Assembly (NCBI GenBank): GCA_020428315.1
Contig: JAGQNA010000003.1
Coordinates: forward strand, 155 to 64,154
Reading direction: 5' to 3'
DNA length: 64,000 nucleotides
Source: Candidatus Saccharimonadota bacterium
GTDB taxonomy: Bacteria; Patescibacteriota; Saccharimonadia; Saccharimonadales; Saccharimonadaceae
Of this stretch, positions 63,880 through 64,000 are shown one piece after another (within the stretch, counting starts at the first letter, position 1; each line of letters starts with the position of its first letter). Under the pieces are notes generated by a model that was given only the letters and a program-made list of their open reading frames with translations, was not told the origin of the DNA and ran no database searches. The translations under genes and the position numbers were made by a program.

Positions 63880-64000
63880 GAAAAAGATAATTAAAGACGG
63901 TAGCACCCCACATATAACAAACGAAACCGTGGCCGAACATCGTGAGGAAGTAATATCAAAGGGTCGACGTTTTAAGTACCCGCATCAATATCTAAAGCAT
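63860..64000 (+). CDS. Partial ORF running off the window end (basic N-terminus MKITKRKKKII...)
   Basis: ATG 63860 overlaps the previous gene by 20 nt; frame open to position 64000; only 47 codons visible. Confidence 0.3.
   Translation, partial: MKITKRKKKIIKDGSTPHITNETVAEHREEVISKGRRFKYPHQYLKH

Noticed and set aside
1-64000. Alternative genetic code (stop-codon reassignment) as the explanation for the in-frame TAG/TAA codons
   Set aside because: TGA, TAG and TAA each terminate well-conserved genes at the expected length in this window (polA TGA; ORF 7011-8900 and rpsO TAG; pilC and ssb TAA). Only isolated single stops are affected.
1-64000. CRISPR arrays, rRNA genes, transposases/IS elements, recognisable defence or toxin-antitoxin systems
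   Set aside because: I saw no regularly spaced short repeats and no rRNA-like sequence. No DDE or other transposase signature and no known defence-protein motif appeared in any listed ORF. The only recombinase is a housekeeping-type Xer.

Overview
64-kb chromosomal segment of a compact, moderately low-GC bacterial genome. The gene content includes a type IV pilus (T4P) locus with no secretin, an LPXTG-like and WxL-like wall-protein locus, few biosynthetic genes and many lineage-specific membrane or secreted ORFs. This fits a monoderm, reduced-genome lineage such as CPR/Patescibacteria (Saccharibacteria/TM7-like); that taxonomic call is inference only. Housekeeping backbone: polA, mutM, holA, rpsT, truB, rpsO, hpt, pnp, family-4 UDG, rnj, ftsK, rpsF-ssb-rpsR, a lysA-like decarboxylase, efp, tlyA, ychF, a Xer recombinase, uppP, ndk and tRNA-Arg(CCU). 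Most notable observations: (1) a four-gene WxL-type surface locus (38228-42221) whose DUF916-like member has a LysM domain on the apparently wrong side of its TM helix. (2) Directly downstream, a self-contained unit (42237-43200) with a consensus promoter, a ~270-nt leader carrying an attenuator-like set of alternating 7-9 nt complementary segments and a Phe-rich mini-ORF, a comparatively GC-rich secreted Cys/Lys-rich ORF, and a 16-bp terminator. (3) A complete secretin-less T4P locus (45282-56866) preceded by a 663-aa Cys-rich secreted protein. (4) A -10 box sits 6-9 nt upstream of the start codon at 17 or more genes, which is leaderless-type geometry. (5) Five single-site lesions (in-frame TAG/TAA, 1-nt frameshifts) hit four genes, including a doubly hit alanine racemase. 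(6) The usual truB-rpsO-pnp synteny is broken by lineage-specific insertions, including an HExxH protein cassette. No rRNA, CRISPR array, transposase or recognisable defence system was seen.
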